64,000 nucleotides of DNA from an uncultured Holophaga sp. (GTDB lineage: Bacteria; Acidobacteriota; Holophagae; Holophagales; Holophagaceae): contig OY761614.1 of assembly GCA_963664825.1 (NCBI GenBank), forward strand, positions 2,048,001 to 2,112,000. Reading direction: 5' to 3'. This document shows positions 27,961-37,977 of the stretch, piece by piece (within the stretch, counting starts at the first letter, position 1; each line of letters opens with the position of its first letter). Made by a program: the position numbers and the translations under genes. Below the pieces are notes generated by a model. It was not told the DNA's origin and did no database searches. It saw nothing but the letters and a program-made list of their open reading frames with translations.

Positions 27961-30567
27961 ATGGAATTCACTCTTAACGGCAGACAAACCCGCTACGAGG
28001 GGAGCCCCGAGCTCGTCCTGCTCACCTACCTGCGCGACGTGGCCGGGCTGATCAGTCCCAAGGATGGATGTTCGGGTGAGGGCGTCTGCGGATGCTGCAC
28101 GATCCTGGTGGATGGGGCCTCCCGCCTGAGCTGTCGCATGAAGATGAAGGACGTTGCGGGAAAGCACCTCGTCACCTTGGAGGGCCTCGCCGCTCGGGAG
28201 CGGGAGGCCTTCGCCGACGCCTTCGTGCTCAAGGGGGGCGTCCAGTGCGGTTTCTGTACGCCGGGCATCGTGATGAAGGCCAAGGCCATCCTGGACAAGA
28301 ATCCCAATCCCACTCGGGACGAGATCACCCAGGGGCTTTCGGCGAATCTGTGTCGCTGCACGGGCTACAAGAAGGTGGTGGATTCCATTGTCTGTGCCGC
28401 CGAAGCGCTCCGCAGCGGCAGTCCCGTTCCCGTGGCCGAAGGCACGGGGCGGGTCGGCACGCGCCACGGGAAATACACGGCCCGGGAGGCGGTGCTGGGT
28501 GAGCGCGTTTTCGTGGGGGACATGAAGGAGCCCGGCATGCTCCACGGCGCCCTGAAATTTTCGGAGCATCCGAGGGCGAAGGTGCTCCGCATAGATATCT
28601 CCCAGGCGCTTCGTGTGCCCGGCGTCCAGCGCATCCTCCTGGCGGGGGATGTGCCTGGAAAGCGTTTCATGGGTTCCATCTTCCAGGATTGGCCCGTGCT
28701 GGTGGCAGAGGGGGAGATCACCCGCTACATCGGGGATGTGCTGGCCAGCGTGGCGGCCACCACCCTGGAAGCCGCCCGGGAGGCCGTCTCCAGGATCCAG
28801 GTGGAATACGAGGTCCTGGAGCCCGTGACCGATATCTTCGAGGCCCTGGAACCCTCGGCCCCCCAGATCACGGAGAAGGGCAATATCCTCCACAGCGCGG
28901 AGGTGCGCGTGGGCGATGCGGAAGCGGCCTTGGCTAAATCCGCCTTCGTGACCCGGAACCGCTTCAGCACCCAGCGCGTCGAGCACGCCTTCCTGGAGAC
29001 GGAGGCCACCCTGGCCCTGCCCTGGGTGAAGGATGGACAGCGGGGGATCAAGGTCTTCAGTTGTAGCCAGGGCGTCTACGAGGACCGCCATCAGTTGGCC
29101 CTGGTGCTGGACCTGCCCAAGTCCCGGGTGAATGTCGTGCAGGTGCAGAATGGGGGCGGCTTCGGCGGCAAGGAGGACCTGACCACCCAGGCCCATGCGA
29201 CCCTGCTGTCCTGGTTCACGGATAGACCGGTGCGGGTGCGCCTGAATCGGAAGGAGTCGCTGCGCATGCATCCCAAGCGCCACCCCTTCGTGATGGACTA
29301 TGCCGTGGGCTGTGACCGGGATGGCCTGCTCACCGCCATGGTGGTGACCATGCACTCGGATTCCGGCGCCTACGCCAGCGTGGGCTCCGCGGTGCTGGAC
29401 CGGGCCGTGTCCCATTCCGCTGCCACCTACACCGTGCCCAATGTGCATGTGAAGGGCACGGCGGTGATCACCAACAACGTCCCCTGCGGCGCCTTTCGCG
29501 GCTTCGGCGTCAACCAGTCGAATTTCGCCTTCGAATCCTGCCTGGACGAACTCTGCCGCATGGGGGGCTTCGACAGGTGGAAGTTCCGCTGGGACAACGC
29601 CCTGGTGGATGGCAAGACGACGGCCACCGGGCAGATCCTGGAATCTGGCGTGGGCGTGCGCGCCTGCCTGGAGGCCCTGAAGGATCGCTTCTATCAGGCC
29701 AAATGCGCGGGTCTGGCGGCGGCCATGAAGAATACCGGCATCGGATGTGGCATGCCGGACTTCAGTCACGCCAAGATTGTCATCAAGGGCCCCCAATGCG
29801 TGGAGGTCCATCACGGCTGGTGCGAGATGGGGCAGGGCTCCTTCACCATGGCTGTCCAGACCCTCGTGGAGGAGACGGGCATCGATCCTGCCTTCATCGA
29901 TGTGATCGTCGCGACCGATGAGGAAGCCGAGTCGGGCATGACGACCGGCTCCCGGGGCACCTCCCTCCTCGCCAACTCCGTGCGCGTGGCCTGCCAGGAC
30001 TTGAAGCGCGAAATGGCCTCGGGGAAATCCTTGTCAGATCTCGTGGGCCGCGAATTCCGCGGAAGCTGGGTCTGCGACTGGACCGTGGCCCCCGGCCAGC
30101 AGCCTCCGGCCGGGAAGCCCATCGTCACCCACTACTCGTACGGCTACGCCGCGCAGCTCGTGGAGCTGGACGAGACGGGAAAGATCACGCGCATCACCGC
30201 CGCCCACGACGCAGGACGCATCATGAATCCCACCCTCTTCGAGGGACAGATCGAAGGCGCCCTCCATATGGGCCTGGGCTACGCCCTCACCGAGGAATTC
30301 CCGTTCAAGGACGGTTTTCCTGTTTCCTTCAAGATGGCCGATCTGGGCATCCTCCGGCCGAAGGATATGCCTCCCATGGAGGTGATCGGCATCGAGGTGC
30401 CCGATGCGGTGGGCCCCTATGGCGCCAAGGGGGTGGGCGAGATCGGCTTGGTGCCCACCGCCGCGGCCGTGGCCAACGCCCTCTGCCAGTTCGATGGATT
30501 GCGCCGCACGACCCTCCCCCTGCGGGAGATGAAGGCCCTCGGCAAGAAGAACAAGGGAGTCTCGTAA
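27961..30567 (+). CDS. xdh: Selenium-dependent xanthine dehydrogenase-type molybdenum hydroxylase (2Fe-2S + Moco fusion)
   Basis: GCSGEGVCGCCT, QCGFCTPG, CRCTGY, GGGFGGKE, GAFRGFG and GAKGVGE motifs. Lies in a ygfK/ygeY/ygeW/ssnA context. Confidence 0.9.
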   Translation: MEFTLNGRQTRYEGSPELVLLTYLRDVAGLISPKDGCSGEGVCGCCTILVDGASRLSCRMKMKDVAGKHLVTLEGLAAREREAFADAFVLKGGVQCGFCTPGIVMKAKAILDKNPNPTRDEITQGLSANLCRCTGYKKVVDSIVCAAEALRSGSPVPVAEGTGRVGTRHGKYTAREAVLGERVFVGDMKEPGMLHGALKFSEHPRAKVLRIDISQALRVPGVQRILLAGDVPGKRFMGSIFQDWPVLVAEGEITRYIGDVLASVAATTLEAAREAVSRIQVEYEVLEPVTDIFEALEPSAPQITEKGNILHSAEVRVGDAEAALAKSAFVTRNRFSTQRVEHAFLETEATLALPWVKDGQRGIKVFSCSQGVYEDRHQLALVLDLPKSRVNVVQVQNGGGFGGKEDLTTQAHATLLSWFTDRPVRVRLNRKESLRMHPKRHPFVMDYAVGCDRDGLLTAMVVTMHSDSGAYASVGSAVLDRAVSHSAATYTVPNVHVKGTAVITNNVPCGAFRGFGVNQSNFAFESCLDELCRMGGFDRWKFRWDNALVDGKTTATGQILESGVGVRACLEALKDRFYQAKCAGLAAAMKNTGIGCGMPDFSHAKIVIKGPQCVEVHHGWCEMGQGSFTMAVQTLVEETGIDPAFIDVIVATDEEAESGMTTGSRGTSLLANSVRVACQDLKREMASGKSLSDLVGREFRGSWVCDWTVAPGQQPPAGKPIVTHYSYGYAAQLVELDETGKITRITAAHDAGRIMNPTLFEGQIEGALHMGLGYALTEEFPFKDGFPVSFKMADLGILRPKDMPPMEVIGIEVPDAVGPYGAKGVGEIGLVPTAAAVANALCQFDGLRRTTLPLREMKALGKKNKGVS

Positions 30568-33500
30568 TGGAAAAAGCATTCCGCCCCGCCTCGCTGGAAC
30601 GCCTGGCCCGCTGGATCTTCGAGGAACTGGACGGCCGGGACACGGTCCTGGGCATCCCCAAGGCCCATATCCAGATCCCCAGTGCCCGAATGGCCTCGCC
30701 TATGTTCGGCCGCACCCTGGCCGCTCCCCTGGGCGTGGCCGCCGGGCCCCACACCCAGCTCGCCCAGAACATCGTTTCCGCCTGGCTCTGCGGGGCGCGC
30801 TTCCTGGAACTCAAGACCGTCCAGATCCTCGATGAGATCCAGGTCAGTCGTCCCTGCATCGATTCCGCCGACGCCACTTTCAATTGCGAGTGGTCCCAGG
30901 AACTGAAGCTGGAAGAATCCTTCGACGAATACCTCAACGCCTGGGTGCTGGTGCATGCCCTGGCCCATCGCTTGGGACTGAAGGATCCCGGCACCCTCTT
31001 CGCCATGAGCGTCGGCTACAACCTGGAGGGCATCCAGAACCCCCGGGTGCAGCGCTTCATCGCCTCCATGCGCGATGCCAGCCACGCCCTGCCCGCGGCC
31101 ATTGCAGCGGTGGCCAAGGCCTACCCGGCTGTGCGGGAGATTGAGATCCCCCACCAGATCTCCGACCACATCACACTCTCCACCATGCACGGATGTCCCC
31201 CGGCGGAAATCGAGCGCATCGCCCGCTACCTGCTGGTGGACCTGGGCGTGAACACCTGGGTGAAGCTCAATCCCACTCTGCTCGGCCCCGAGCGGCTGCG
31301 GGGCATCCTCAGTGACACCCTCGGCTTCGAGATCCAGGTGCCGGACGCCGCCTTCGAGCACGATCCCAAGTTCGAGGACGCCATGGCCATGGTGAAGAAC
31401 CTGGCCAAGGTCGCCCAGGGCCTGCCCCAGCACTTCGGCCTCAAACTCTCCAATACGCTGGAAGTGGTGAACCACCGGCCCATCTTCCCCTCCGGCGAAA
31501 AGATGATGTACATGTCCGGGCGCTCCCTGCATCCGCTCACGGTCAACCTGGCCAAGCTGGTCACGGACGCGCTATCCGGGCTTTGCTCGGACAGCGCGTG
31601 GGGGTCAAAGGGGGGACATCGCGACCCACGGGAGCAGGCGGTCCCCCCTTTCCGGACAGAAGCCCTGGATGGCCAGGTGCCCATCAGCTTCTGCGGCGGT
31701 GCCGACGCCACGAACTTCGCGGGTCTGGTGGCCGACGGCCTCGGGCCGGTCACCGTCTGCACCGATCTCCTGAAACCCGGAGGCTACGCCCGGCTCCAGC
31801 AGTATCTGGTGAACCTCGATTCGGCCATGGTGGAGGCCGGTGCCAATAGCCTGGAAGCCTTTGTCCAGGCCCGTTCCGGCGGCCAGGGCGCCCGCTTCAA
31901 TCTGGCCCGCCACGCCGAATGCGTCCTCGATGACGAGCGCTACGCGCGCCGGGAGAAGCCCCTCCAGTTCAAGGGAGAGCGGGCCCTCGGAACCTTCGAT
32001 TGCATCGCGGCGCCCTGCCAGGAGGCCTGTCCCACCCACCAGAATATTCCCGACTACCTCTGGCTGGTGGCCCACGGGAAGCCTCGGGAGGCCATGGAGG
32101 TCATCCTGCGCACCAATCCCCTGCCGGGGGTGACGGGCAATATCTGCGATCACATCTGCACGGATCGCTGCGTGCGGAATTTCTTCGATGCGCCCCTGGG
32201 CATCCGGGAGATCAAGCGCTTCGCCTTCGAGCAATGCTCGCTGCTTGAAAAGGGCCATGCACCCCTGGAACAGGCGGGCACTCCCAAGGGCGTGAAGGTG
32301 GCCATCGTGGGGGCAGGTCCCGCGGGTATGTCGGCGGCCTACTACCTGGCGAAGATGGGCTTCGAGGCCGAGATCTTCGAGGCCAAGCCCCAGGTGGGCG
32401 GCATGGTGGGCGGCGCCGTGCCGCGCTACCGGCTGGAGGACAAGACTCTCGAACTCGATCTCGAAAGGCTGCGCCAGCTGGGCGTGAAGATCCATCTGGG
32501 GAAGGCCCTGGGCAGGGATATCTCCCTCGAGGCCCTGCGCAAGGAACACGCCTATCTCTTCCTGGGAGTCGGCGCCCAGAAGGGCAAGCGCCTGGGCATC
32601 CCAGGGGAAGAGGCCGAGGGTGTGCTGGACGCCCTTGAATTCCTGGACAAGGTTCGAAACGAGCAGCGCCTGGATCTGGGTCGGAACATCCTCGTGGTGG
32701 GCGGCGGCAATTCGGCCATGGACGCGGCGCGCTCCGCCCGGCGGATGGCCAAGAATGCTCAGGTCTCCCTGGTCTATCGCCGCACGCGCTCGGAGATGCC
32801 CGCCGATCCTGAAGAAGTGCGGGATTGTCTCCTGGAGGGCATCGCTCTGAAAGCTCTCTTCGCGCCAAGCCGGGTGGTGGTGGAGAAGGGCAGGGTGGTG
32901 GGCCTGGCCTGCACGCCCATGACCCTGGGTGAGCCGGACGCCTCGGGACGCCCGAAGCCCGTGCCTTCGGGAGAGCCCGAGGTGATCCTCCCCGCAGACA
33001 CGATCATTCCCGCCATCGGCCAGGAGACCGCGCTGGATTTCCTGGTGGGCCTGGGTGTGCAGCAGCATCGGAATGGCACGCTGGTGGTGGACCCCGAGAG
33101 CCGGGAGACGAGCGTCCCCGGCGTCTTCGCCGGGGGGGATGTGGCCCGAGGGCCGGCCTCGGTCATCAAGGCCATCGCCGATGGGCGGGCCGCCGCCGAG
33201 GCCATCGGCCGCAGGCATGGCGTCTTGCCGCTCCCGGAACCCGCGCTCGCCAAGGGCCTGGGGCCGGTGGCGATGCTGGAGAAGAAATCCCGCAAGGTCG
33301 CGGCCCAGACCGTGCCCGTCCTGCCCGTGGGGCAGCGCGGCGGTTTCGATCAGGTTCTCCACGGCCTTGCTTCCGAGGCCGCCGTGGCAGAGGCCAGCCG
33401 CTGCCTGGACTGCGACGAGATGTGCAGCCTCTGCGTCACCGTCTGTCCCAATCGCGCCAATCGCGCCTATGAGATGGCTCCCCTCTCCCTGGAATTGCCC

Positions 33501-33962
33501 GAGCTGGTGGTGCGGGGGGGGCAGGCGGTCCCGGAGGGCCTGCGGCCCTTCAGGGTCGAACAGGGCATCCAGACCCTCAATATCGGCGACTTCTGCAATG
33601 AGTGCGGCAACTGTGCCACCTTCTGTCCAACTGTCGGGGCTCCCTACCGGGATAAGCCGCGCTTCTGGATCGATGCCGAAGGCTTCGCGGAGGCCACTGG
33701 CGATGCCTTCCGGTGGGATTCGACAGATTCCAGTCGGGTCCTGGAGGCGCGGCTGGAGGGTCGTACCCACCGCCTGGAAGTCCGGGGCAGCGTTGCGGAA
33801 TATCGCTCCGATCTCCTCTGTGCCCGCTTCGAGGCCGACACCTGGCGCTTCCTCGGCGCTCAAGTCCTGGGGAAGGCCGCCGAGGGTCAGGTTCTGGATC
33901 TCTCCCCCTGCGCCACCCTGATCGCCCTCCTGAGCGCCCGGGAGGCCGTCCCCTCCGCCTGA
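30567..33962 (+). CDS. ygfK: YgfK-type Fe-S flavoprotein oxidoreductase ('putative selenate reductase')
   Basis: GVAAGPHTQLAQNI, ELKTVQILD, MYMSGR, LLKPGGY, GAGPAG, GGGNSAMD, VCPNRAN and CNECGNC motifs. Confidence 0.93.
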   Translation: MEKAFRPASLERLARWIFEELDGRDTVLGIPKAHIQIPSARMASPMFGRTLAAPLGVAAGPHTQLAQNIVSAWLCGARFLELKTVQILDEIQVSRPCIDSADATFNCEWSQELKLEESFDEYLNAWVLVHALAHRLGLKDPGTLFAMSVGYNLEGIQNPRVQRFIASMRDASHALPAAIAAVAKAYPAVREIEIPHQISDHITLSTMHGCPPAEIERIARYLLVDLGVNTWVKLNPTLLGPERLRGILSDTLGFEIQVPDAAFEHDPKFEDAMAMVKNLAKVAQGLPQHFGLKLSNTLEVVNHRPIFPSGEKMMYMSGRSLHPLTVNLAKLVTDALSGLCSDSAWGSKGGHRDPREQAVPPFRTEALDGQVPISFCGGADATNFAGLVADGLGPVTVCTDLLKPGGYARLQQYLVNLDSAMVEAGANSLEAFVQARSGGQGARFNLARHAECVLDDERYARREKPLQFKGERALGTFDCIAAPCQEACPTHQNIPDYLWLVAHGKPREAMEVILRTNPLPGVTGNICDHICTDRCVRNFFDAPLGIREIKRFAFEQCSLLEKGHAPLEQAGTPKGVKVAIVGAGPAGMSAAYYLAKMGFEAEIFEAKPQVGGMVGGAVPRYRLEDKTLELDLERLRQLGVKIHLGKALGRDISLEALRKEHAYLFLGVGAQKGKRLGIPGEEAEGVLDALEFLDKVRNEQRLDLGRNILVVGGGNSAMDAARSARRMAKNAQVSLVYRRTRSEMPADPEEVRDCLLEGIALKALFAPSRVVVEKGRVVGLACTPMTLGEPDASGRPKPVPSGEPEVILPADTIIPAIGQETALDFLVGLGVQQHRNGTLVVDPESRETSVPGVFAGGDVARGPASVIKAIADGRAAAEAIGRRHGVLPLPEPALAKGLGPVAMLEKKSRKVAAQTVPVLPVGQRGGFDQVLHGLASEAAVAEASRCLDCDEMCSLCVTVCPNRANRAYEMAPLSLELPELVVRGGQAVPEGLRPFRVEQGIQTLNIGDFCNECGNCATFCPTVGAPYRDKPRFWIDAEGFAEATGDAFRWDSTDSSRVLEARLEGRTHRLEVRGSVAEYRSDLLCARFEADTWRFLGAQVLGKAAEGQVLDLSPCATLIALLSAREAVPSA
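31576..31657. repeat. 82-bp palindromic dispersed repeat, copy 2, in frame within ygfK
   Basis: 75/82 identical to 15180-15261. Translated as SGLCSDSAWGSKGGHRDPREQAVPPFR. Confidence 0.95.
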
Positions 33963-34167
33963 AGGGGTATAAACAAAAATAAGACCGCTGTGATCAATTT
34001 TTTTACTTGATCCCCCGGCGCACCCTTCCACACTGTATCTATCCGAACGTTCCTCCCGGCGCACGGGGGGACCGTTGGGAAGAAGTGGCTAGAAACGAGT
34101 CTTCCGCTCCTCTTTCCGATATTTCCATCGAACCCCTCCGTCAGATGACCTTTCCTGGAGTCCTCCC

Positions 34168-35382
34168 ATGACCACCCTCTACGAAAAGATCGCCCAGCGC
34201 GCCAAGCAGCTCGAAGGCGAAACCACGGCCTTCCTCATGGACATGGTCCGCGTGCCCTCCTTCAGCGGGAAGGAAAAGGACGTCATCCAGGTCATCAAGG
34301 CCGAGATGGAGAAGGTGGGCTTCGACGAAGTGCGCATCGACGGCCTGGGCAACGTCATCGGCCGCATCGGCTCAGGCCCCCGAGTCATCGCCTTCGACGC
34401 CCACATCGATACGGTCTATCCCGGCGACATGAGCCTCTGGGACTTCGATCCCTTCACCCCCAAGGTCGAGGATGGCCAGGTCTGGGGCCGGGGCACCGTG
34501 GACCAGGAGGGCGGCATGGCCTCCATGGTGACGGCCGGGAAGATCATCAAGGAGATGGGCCTGAACGACCAGTTCACCCTGCTCTTCACGGGCACCGTGA
34601 TGGAGGAGGACTGCGACGGCCTCTGCTGGACCTACCTCATCAAGGAGGAGAAGATCCGGCCTGAGCTGGTGGTCATCACCGAACCCACCAATATGAACAT
34701 CTACCGCGGCCACCGGGGCCGCATGGAGATGCAGGTCCAGGTCAAGGGCCTCAGCTGCCACGGCAGCGCGCCTGAGCGGGGCGATAACGCCATCTACAAG
34801 ATCAGCCGCGTGGCCCTCGAGATCGAGAAGCTCCACCAGCGTCTGGCCGTGGATCCCTTCCTAGGCAAGGGCAGCGTCTGCGTCTCCCAGGTCTTCTTCA
34901 CGGGCCCCAGCCAGTGCGCCGTGCCCGATAGCGCGACCCTCAGCCTGGACCGCCGCCTCACCGCAGGCGAGACCAAGGAGAGCGCCGTGGCCGAAGTGAA
35001 GGACGCCGCCGCCCGGGCCGGATATGCCGATGCCGAGGTGACGATCCTGGAATACCGCGAGCCCGCCTACACGGGCCTGGTCTACCCCATGGAGAAGTAC
35101 TACCCCACCTGGGTGCTCGCCGAGGACAGCCCCTGGCTCAAGGACGCCACCGCCGCCTACACCCAGGCCCTGGGCAAGGCGCCCTTCGTGGACAAGTGGA
35201 CCTTCAGCACCAATGGCATCGCCATTGCCGGGCTGGAAGGCATCCCCTGCCTCGGTCTCGGGCCCGGCAACGAAGTGCTGGCCCACTTCCCCAACGAGCA
35301 CTGCCCCCTGGAACACCTCTCGGGCGCCTCGGCCTTCTATGCGGCCCTCGTGGCCAAGCTCAACGGGAAGGCCGATCTATGA
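34168..35382 (+). CDS. ygeY: YgeY family M20 metallohydrolase
   Basis: DAHIDTV, GRGTVDQEGG, VMEEDCDGLCW, GHRGRME and WTFSTNG motifs. Confidence 0.93.
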   Translation: MTTLYEKIAQRAKQLEGETTAFLMDMVRVPSFSGKEKDVIQVIKAEMEKVGFDEVRIDGLGNVIGRIGSGPRVIAFDAHIDTVYPGDMSLWDFDPFTPKVEDGQVWGRGTVDQEGGMASMVTAGKIIKEMGLNDQFTLLFTGTVMEEDCDGLCWTYLIKEEKIRPELVVITEPTNMNIYRGHRGRMEMQVQVKGLSCHGSAPERGDNAIYKISRVALEIEKLHQRLAVDPFLGKGSVCVSQVFFTGPSQCAVPDSATLSLDRRLTAGETKESAVAEVKDAAARAGYADAEVTILEYREPAYTGLVYPMEKYYPTWVLAEDSPWLKDATAAYTQALGKAPFVDKWTFSTNGIAIAGLEGIPCLGLGPGNEVLAHFPNEHCPLEHLSGASAFYAALVAKLNGKADL

Positions 35383-36593
35383 CCCCTTTCCTCTACCGCT
35401 GCACCGAATGTGGACGCGAATACACCCGGGAGCTTGTACGCTACCTCTGCCCGGAGTGCGGTCAGGCCTACCATCCGGGCATGCCCCTCAAGGGCGTGCT
35501 GGAGGTGGTCTTCGACTACAAGGCCATCGGTTCCAAGTTCGACAAGAACTGTCCGGACTGGAACCTCTTCTGCGCGGTGGAGCCTGAATTCCATCCTCCC
35601 CTGGCTGTGGGCAATACGCCCCTGACCCGGGCCGATCAGTTCGGAGCCGAACTGGGCCTTGAGAATCTCTGGGTGAAAAATGATGGCTTGAACCCCAGCG
35701 GCAGCCTCAAGGATCGCGCCTCCTTCCTGGTAGTGGCCGAGGCCCGACGCCTGGGCGAGAAGCGCATCGTGACGGCATCTACGGGCAACGCGGCCTCGGC
35801 CCTGGCTGCGGTCTGCGCCAGCACCGATCGGGAGGCCCTGATCTTCGTGCCCGAGAAGGCCCCCAAGGCCAAGCTCGTGCAGATGGTGCTCTACGGCGCC
35901 AGGGTCATCCCCGTGAAGGGCACCTACGACGATGCCTTCCGGCTCTCCCTGGAATTTACCGAAAAGCGCGGGGGCCTCAACCGCAATACCGCCTACCATC
36001 CGCTCACCATCGAAGGCAAGAAGACCGTGGGCCTGGAGATCTGGGCCCAGCTCGGTTTCCAGGTGCCGGACGCGATCCTGGTCTCCGTGGGGGATGGCGT
36101 CATCCTGGCGGGCCTGCACAAGGCCTTCCTGGATCTTCAGCGTGCGGGCCTGATCGCGCAGTTCCCCAGGCTCATCTGCGTCCAGGCGGAAACCTCCGAC
36201 GCCATCCACAACTACATCCAGACCGGTCAATACGCGGATGCCTCGAACCCCACCACCCGGGCCGATTCCATTTCAGTGTCCTGCCCCAGCAACGCCCACT
36301 GGGCCCGGCGCGCAGTGCTGGAGAGCGGAGGCTGCTCACTGCTGGTCAGTGACGCCGAGATCCTGGAGGCTCAGGCCCAGATGGCCCGCACCACGGGCAT
36401 CTTCGGGGAGCCCGCCGCCGCCACAGCCGCCGCAGGGCTCGTGAAACTCCAGGCCGGTCCTTCGCGCCTGGAAGCCGGACCCCGCATCGTCATCCTGGCC
36501 ACGGGGCACGGCCTGAAGGATGTGGAGGCCCCCCTCTCCCGCATCTCCATCCCCCAAGCCATCGAGCCCCGTCTGGACGCGGTTCAAGCATGA
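35379..36593 (+). CDS. Threonine synthase-like PLP enzyme (fold type II) with an N-terminal zinc ribbon
   Basis: CTECG..CPECG, NPSGSLKDRA, ASTGNAA, EGKKT and TGHGLKD motifs. ATG overlaps the ygeY stop. Confidence 0.85.
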   Translation: MTPFLYRCTECGREYTRELVRYLCPECGQAYHPGMPLKGVLEVVFDYKAIGSKFDKNCPDWNLFCAVEPEFHPPLAVGNTPLTRADQFGAELGLENLWVKNDGLNPSGSLKDRASFLVVAEARRLGEKRIVTASTGNAASALAAVCASTDREALIFVPEKAPKAKLVQMVLYGARVIPVKGTYDDAFRLSLEFTEKRGGLNRNTAYHPLTIEGKKTVGLEIWAQLGFQVPDAILVSVGDGVILAGLHKAFLDLQRAGLIAQFPRLICVQAETSDAIHNYIQTGQYADASNPTTRADSISVSCPSNAHWARRAVLESGGCSLLVSDAEILEAQAQMARTTGIFGEPAAATAAAGLVKLQAGPSRLEAGPRIVILATGHGLKDVEAPLSRISIPQAIEPRLDAVQA

Positions 36594-37942
36594 AGACGCG
36601 GGTCCGGAATGGTCGCCTTGTGCTCGAGGATCGCATCGAGCCCCTGGATATCCTGGTGGAAGACGGGCGCATCCTGGCCCTATTGCCTCCGGGGAGCGAG
36701 GCGGCTGCCGACCGCGTGATCGACGCCGCAGGGGGCTATGTCCTGCCGGGCTTCATCGATTTTCATGTGCACCTGGATGACCGCATCGGGCCCTTCTACC
36801 TGGCCGATACCTATGAGAGCGGCTCCCGGGTGGCCCTCCAAAATGGCATCACCACCCTCTGCAGCTTCGTCACCCAGGGGCCCGGGGAGACGCTGATCCA
36901 GGCCCTGAAGACGGCTCGGGCCAAGGCCGAGGGCCGAAGCCACGCCGATATATGCTGGCACCTCACGCCCACGCGCTTCGAGACGGAAGACTGGACGGAT
37001 CTCGAAGGCCTGGTGGCCGCGGGCTACGGGACGCTCAAGTTCTATACGACCTACAGGCCCGCGGGACTCTTCGCCTCCCGGGCGCGCCTGGACGAACTCT
37101 TCAGGCGTTTGGGCCCCCTGGGGGCGCGCTTCCTGGTGCATTGCGAGGACGACGCTTGGATGGCGGCGGTGGATGCCGGGGGCCTGGATCTCTCCAAACC
37201 CAGCTCCCACGGATCCCTCCGCCCTGAGCGGGCCGAACTCCTGGCCGTCGAGGCCCTGTTGGGTCTGGCCGCGGCCTCTCAAACCCCCCTCCATGTCGTC
37301 CATGTTTCGACCCTCGCCGCGGCCGAAGCGCTGCTGCGCGTCCGGGGCAAGCTCGATGTCACCTGCGAGACCTGTCCCCAGTATCTCTGGCTGGACGAGA
37401 CCTGGCTGGATCGCCCGGACGGCCATCGCTGGCTCTGTTCGCCGCCCCTGCGGGGAGACCGGGCGCGCTTTCGCGCCATGGCCCGGGCCGGAGCCTTCGA
37501 TTTCTTGGCCACGGATCACTGCGCCTTCCTCCGCCAGGATAAGGACGCTTGGGATCACCGGGATGTCCGCACGGCCGCCAACGGCCTCGGGGGCTTGGGC
37601 GCGCTGCCCCATCTCGCGTGGAAGCTCTGGGAGGACGACCCAGATCGCGCCGCCCTGGAATTGGCGAGGCGCTTGAGCCGCAACCCAGCTCGTTGCGCCG
37701 GACTGGAGGATCGCAAGGGTGCGATCCGTCCCGGCTGGGATGCCGATCTGGTGGTGCTGGATCCGGAGGGTCCCGAAAGGCCCCTGGTTTCTTCCCTGTC
37801 CGATGTCCACGAGACCTATCCGGGCTTCACCTCTCGGCTGGCCTTCCGCCATGTGCTGCTCCGGGGGGAGCCGGTCGTGGCCGACGGCAGGCTGCTTCAT
37901 CCCGAATCTCCAGCTGGGATCCTTCTCCAGCCTCAACCCTGA
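36590..37942 (+). CDS. Cyclic amidohydrolase (dihydropyrimidinase/hydantoinase, HyuA-like)
   Basis: PGFIDFHVH, LKFYTTY, VHCED, VVHVST, ETCPQYL and ATDHC motifs. Confidence 0.85.
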   Translation: MKTRVRNGRLVLEDRIEPLDILVEDGRILALLPPGSEAAADRVIDAAGGYVLPGFIDFHVHLDDRIGPFYLADTYESGSRVALQNGITTLCSFVTQGPGETLIQALKTARAKAEGRSHADICWHLTPTRFETEDWTDLEGLVAAGYGTLKFYTTYRPAGLFASRARLDELFRRLGPLGARFLVHCEDDAWMAAVDAGGLDLSKPSSHGSLRPERAELLAVEALLGLAAASQTPLHVVHVSTLAAAEALLRVRGKLDVTCETCPQYLWLDETWLDRPDGHRWLCSPPLRGDRARFRAMARAGAFDFLATDHCAFLRQDKDAWDHRDVRTAANGLGGLGALPHLAWKLWEDDPDRAALELARRLSRNPARCAGLEDRKGAIRPGWDADLVVLDPEGPERPLVSSLSDVHETYPGFTSRLAFRHVLLRGEPVVADGRLLHPESPAGILLQPQP

Positions 37943-37977
37943 ACCCAGAACCTCAACCCACACTCCAGGAGTCATAC

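Noticed and set aside
37931..37959. Short ~7-bp tandem repeat (cctcaac cctgaac ccagaac ctcaac) across the hydantoinase stop
   Set aside because: Only about four degenerate units, too short to support a claim.
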